A stretch of DNA of 526 nt. It comes from a phage. Of this stretch, positions 1-526 are shown piece by piece (the stretch's first letter is position 1; each line of letters starts with the position of its first letter). The notes beneath the pieces are model-generated. The model saw only the letters and a list, made by a program, of their open reading frames with translations. It did not search any database and was not told where the DNA came from. A program made the position numbers and the translations under genes. The DNA lies in the sequence record EF517082.1. One strand, 5' to 3'.

Positions 1-1
1 G

Positions 2-238
2 GAAGGGGCTCGTCCGGTTAAACAGGTTGCTGGCGGTCTAGCTGGTCTGGCTGGTGGTACTGGTGAAGCACAGATGGTGGAAGTACCACAAGCTGCCGCA
101 CAGATTGTTGACGTACCTGAGAAAGAGGTTTCCACTGAGGACGAAACACAGACAGAAAGCGGACGCAAGAAAGCTCGTGCTGGCGGTAAGAAATCCTTGA
201 ATGTAGCTCGTAGCTCCGGTGGCGGTATCAACATTTAA
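2..238 (+). CDS. 7.3: 3' portion of a small virion/tail-associated protein, T7 gp7.3-like (5' end lies upstream of the window)
   Basis: Frame 2 is open from the window edge to TAA at 236-238. Translation: EGARPVKQVAGGLAGLAGGTGEAQMVEVPQAAAQIVDVPEKEVSTEDETQTESGRKKARAGGKKSLNVARSSGGGINI*. It has a Gly/Ala-rich low-complexity segment, then an acidic stretch, then a basic Lys/Arg tail. This matches my recollection of the C-terminal part of T7 gp7.3, but that is recall, not a search. Gene order (this ORF, then an HNH gene) matches the T7 7.3-7.7 region. The ORF track omits it because it has no in-window start. Confidence 0.85.
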   Translation, partial: EGARPVKQVAGGLAGLAGGTGEAQMVEVPQAAAQIVDVPEKEVSTEDETQTESGRKKARAGGKKSLNVARSSGGGINI

Positions 239-240
239 TC

Positions 241-245
241 AGGAG
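241..245 (+). promoter_or_regulatory. Shine-Dalgarno ribosome-binding site for the downstream HNH gene
   Basis: AGGAG at 241-245 lies 6 nt upstream of the GTG at 252-254 (spacer ATTATC) and immediately after the upstream TAA stop at 236-238. The spacing and sequence are canonical for an enterobacterial phage RBS. Confidence 0.75.
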
Positions 246-251
246 ATTATC

Positions 252-526
252 GTGAAAGACTGCATTGAATGGACCGGAGGTGTCAACTCTAAGGGTTATG
301 GTCGTAAGTGGGTTAATGGTAAACTTGTGACTCCACATAGGCACATCTATGAGGAGACATATGATCCAGTTCCAACAGAAATTGTGGTGATGCATATCTG
401 CGATAACCCTAGGTGCTATAACATAAAGCACCTTACGCTTGGAACTCCAAAGGATAATTCCGAGGACATGGTTACCAAAGGTAGACAGGCTAAAGGAGAG
501 GAACTAAGCAAGAAACTTACAGAGTC
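252..526 (+). CDS. 7.7: HNH endonuclease (putative homing-endonuclease-like), T7 gp7.7-like; 5' part only, continues past the window end
   Basis: GTG start at 252 preceded by AGGAG. The frame stays open to the window end. Translation: (M/V)KDCIEWTGGVNSKGYGRKWVNGKLVTPHRHIYEETYDPVPTEIVVMHICDNPRCYNIKHLTLGTPKDNSEDMVTKGRQAKGEELSKKLTE... The N-terminal C-x-x-W-x-G...N-x-x-GYG-R...H-R-x-I and the HICDNPRCYNIKHL block are the signature of HNH_3-type (PF13392-like) phage HNH endonucleases. No in-frame ATG lies upstream of the GTG (in-frame stop TAG at 204-206). The ORF track omits it because it has no in-window stop. Confidence 0.9.
   Translation, partial: MKDCIEWTGGVNSKGYGRKWVNGKLVTPHRHIYEETYDPVPTEIVVMHICDNPRCYNIKHLTLGTPKDNSEDMVTKGRQAKGEELSKKLTE
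393..434 (+). other. HNH catalytic/zinc-binding motif within the endonuclease CDS
   Basis: Codons 393-434 encode H-I-C-D-N-P-R-C-Y-N-I-K-H-L, matching the conserved His/Asn/His metal-finger core of HNH nucleases. Cys residues at codons 261, 399 and 414, plus His at 336/342, are plausible zinc ligands. Confidence 0.75.

Noticed and set aside
390-392. Internal in-frame ATG (Met in ...VVMHIC...) as an alternative start for the HNH gene
   Set aside because: It has no Shine-Dalgarno upstream, and starting here would delete the conserved N-terminal CxxW...GYGR...HR part of the HNH_3-type domain. The GTG at 252 with AGGAG at -6 is far better supported.
358-413. Palindromic hexamers CATATG (358-363) and CCTAGG (408-413) as possible regulatory or recognition sites
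   Set aside because: Each is an isolated 6-bp palindrome inside a coding region, with no flanking symmetry or repetition. They are most simply explained by codon sequence (T-Y-D and P-R) and have no supportable regulatory role.
228-431. 67-aa ORF on the minus strand from the supplied ORF track (MLYVIAPRVIADMHHHNFCWNWIICLLIDVPMWSHKFTINPLTTITLRVDTSGPFNAVFHDNLLIKC)
   Set aside because: It lies entirely antisense to the HNH endonuclease CDS and overlaps the end of the upstream gene. It starts with GTG (complement of 429-431) with no Shine-Dalgarno upstream on the minus strand (complement of 432-445 is gttccaagcgtaag). Its translation has no recognisable domain. The + strand frame it overlaps encodes a conserved HNH motif, so this is best explained as a chance antisense ORF.
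1-526. Search for T7-type phage promoter (TAATACGACTCACTATAGGGAGA-like), RNase III processing hairpin or rho-independent terminator
   Set aside because: No 23-bp phage promoter consensus, no GC-rich stem-loop followed by a T-run, and no extended inverted repeat were found on either strand. The 13-nt intergenic spacer is too short to hold such elements.
1-526. CRISPR array, tRNA/ncRNA, or mobile-element termini
   Set aside because: There are no spaced direct repeats of 25-40 nt, no cloverleaf-compatible segments, and no terminal inverted repeats. The window is almost entirely coding on the + strand.

Overview
This window appears to be an ordinary, well-characterised stretch of a T7-like coliphage genome (Autographiviridae, T7 group), not a novel system. 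It holds two same-strand genes that both run off the window edges, which is why the ORF track lists neither. The first (2..238, + strand, 5'-truncated) is the 3' end of a small virion/tail protein that I recognise from memory as T7 gp7.3-like, ending ...KKSLNVARSSGGGINI*. A 13-nt spacer with an AGGAG Shine-Dalgarno follows, then the 5' part of a free-standing HNH endonuclease gene (252..526, + strand, GTG start, 3'-truncated) that I recognise as T7 gene 7.7-like, with a clear H-x-C-D-N-P-x-C-x-N-x-x-H-L motif. The only ORF in the supplied track (228..431, minus strand) lies antisense to the HNH gene and I judge it spurious. I see no RNA genes, CRISPR repeats, phage promoter consensus or terminators. 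All family assignments come from reading the translation and from recall, not from any database search.
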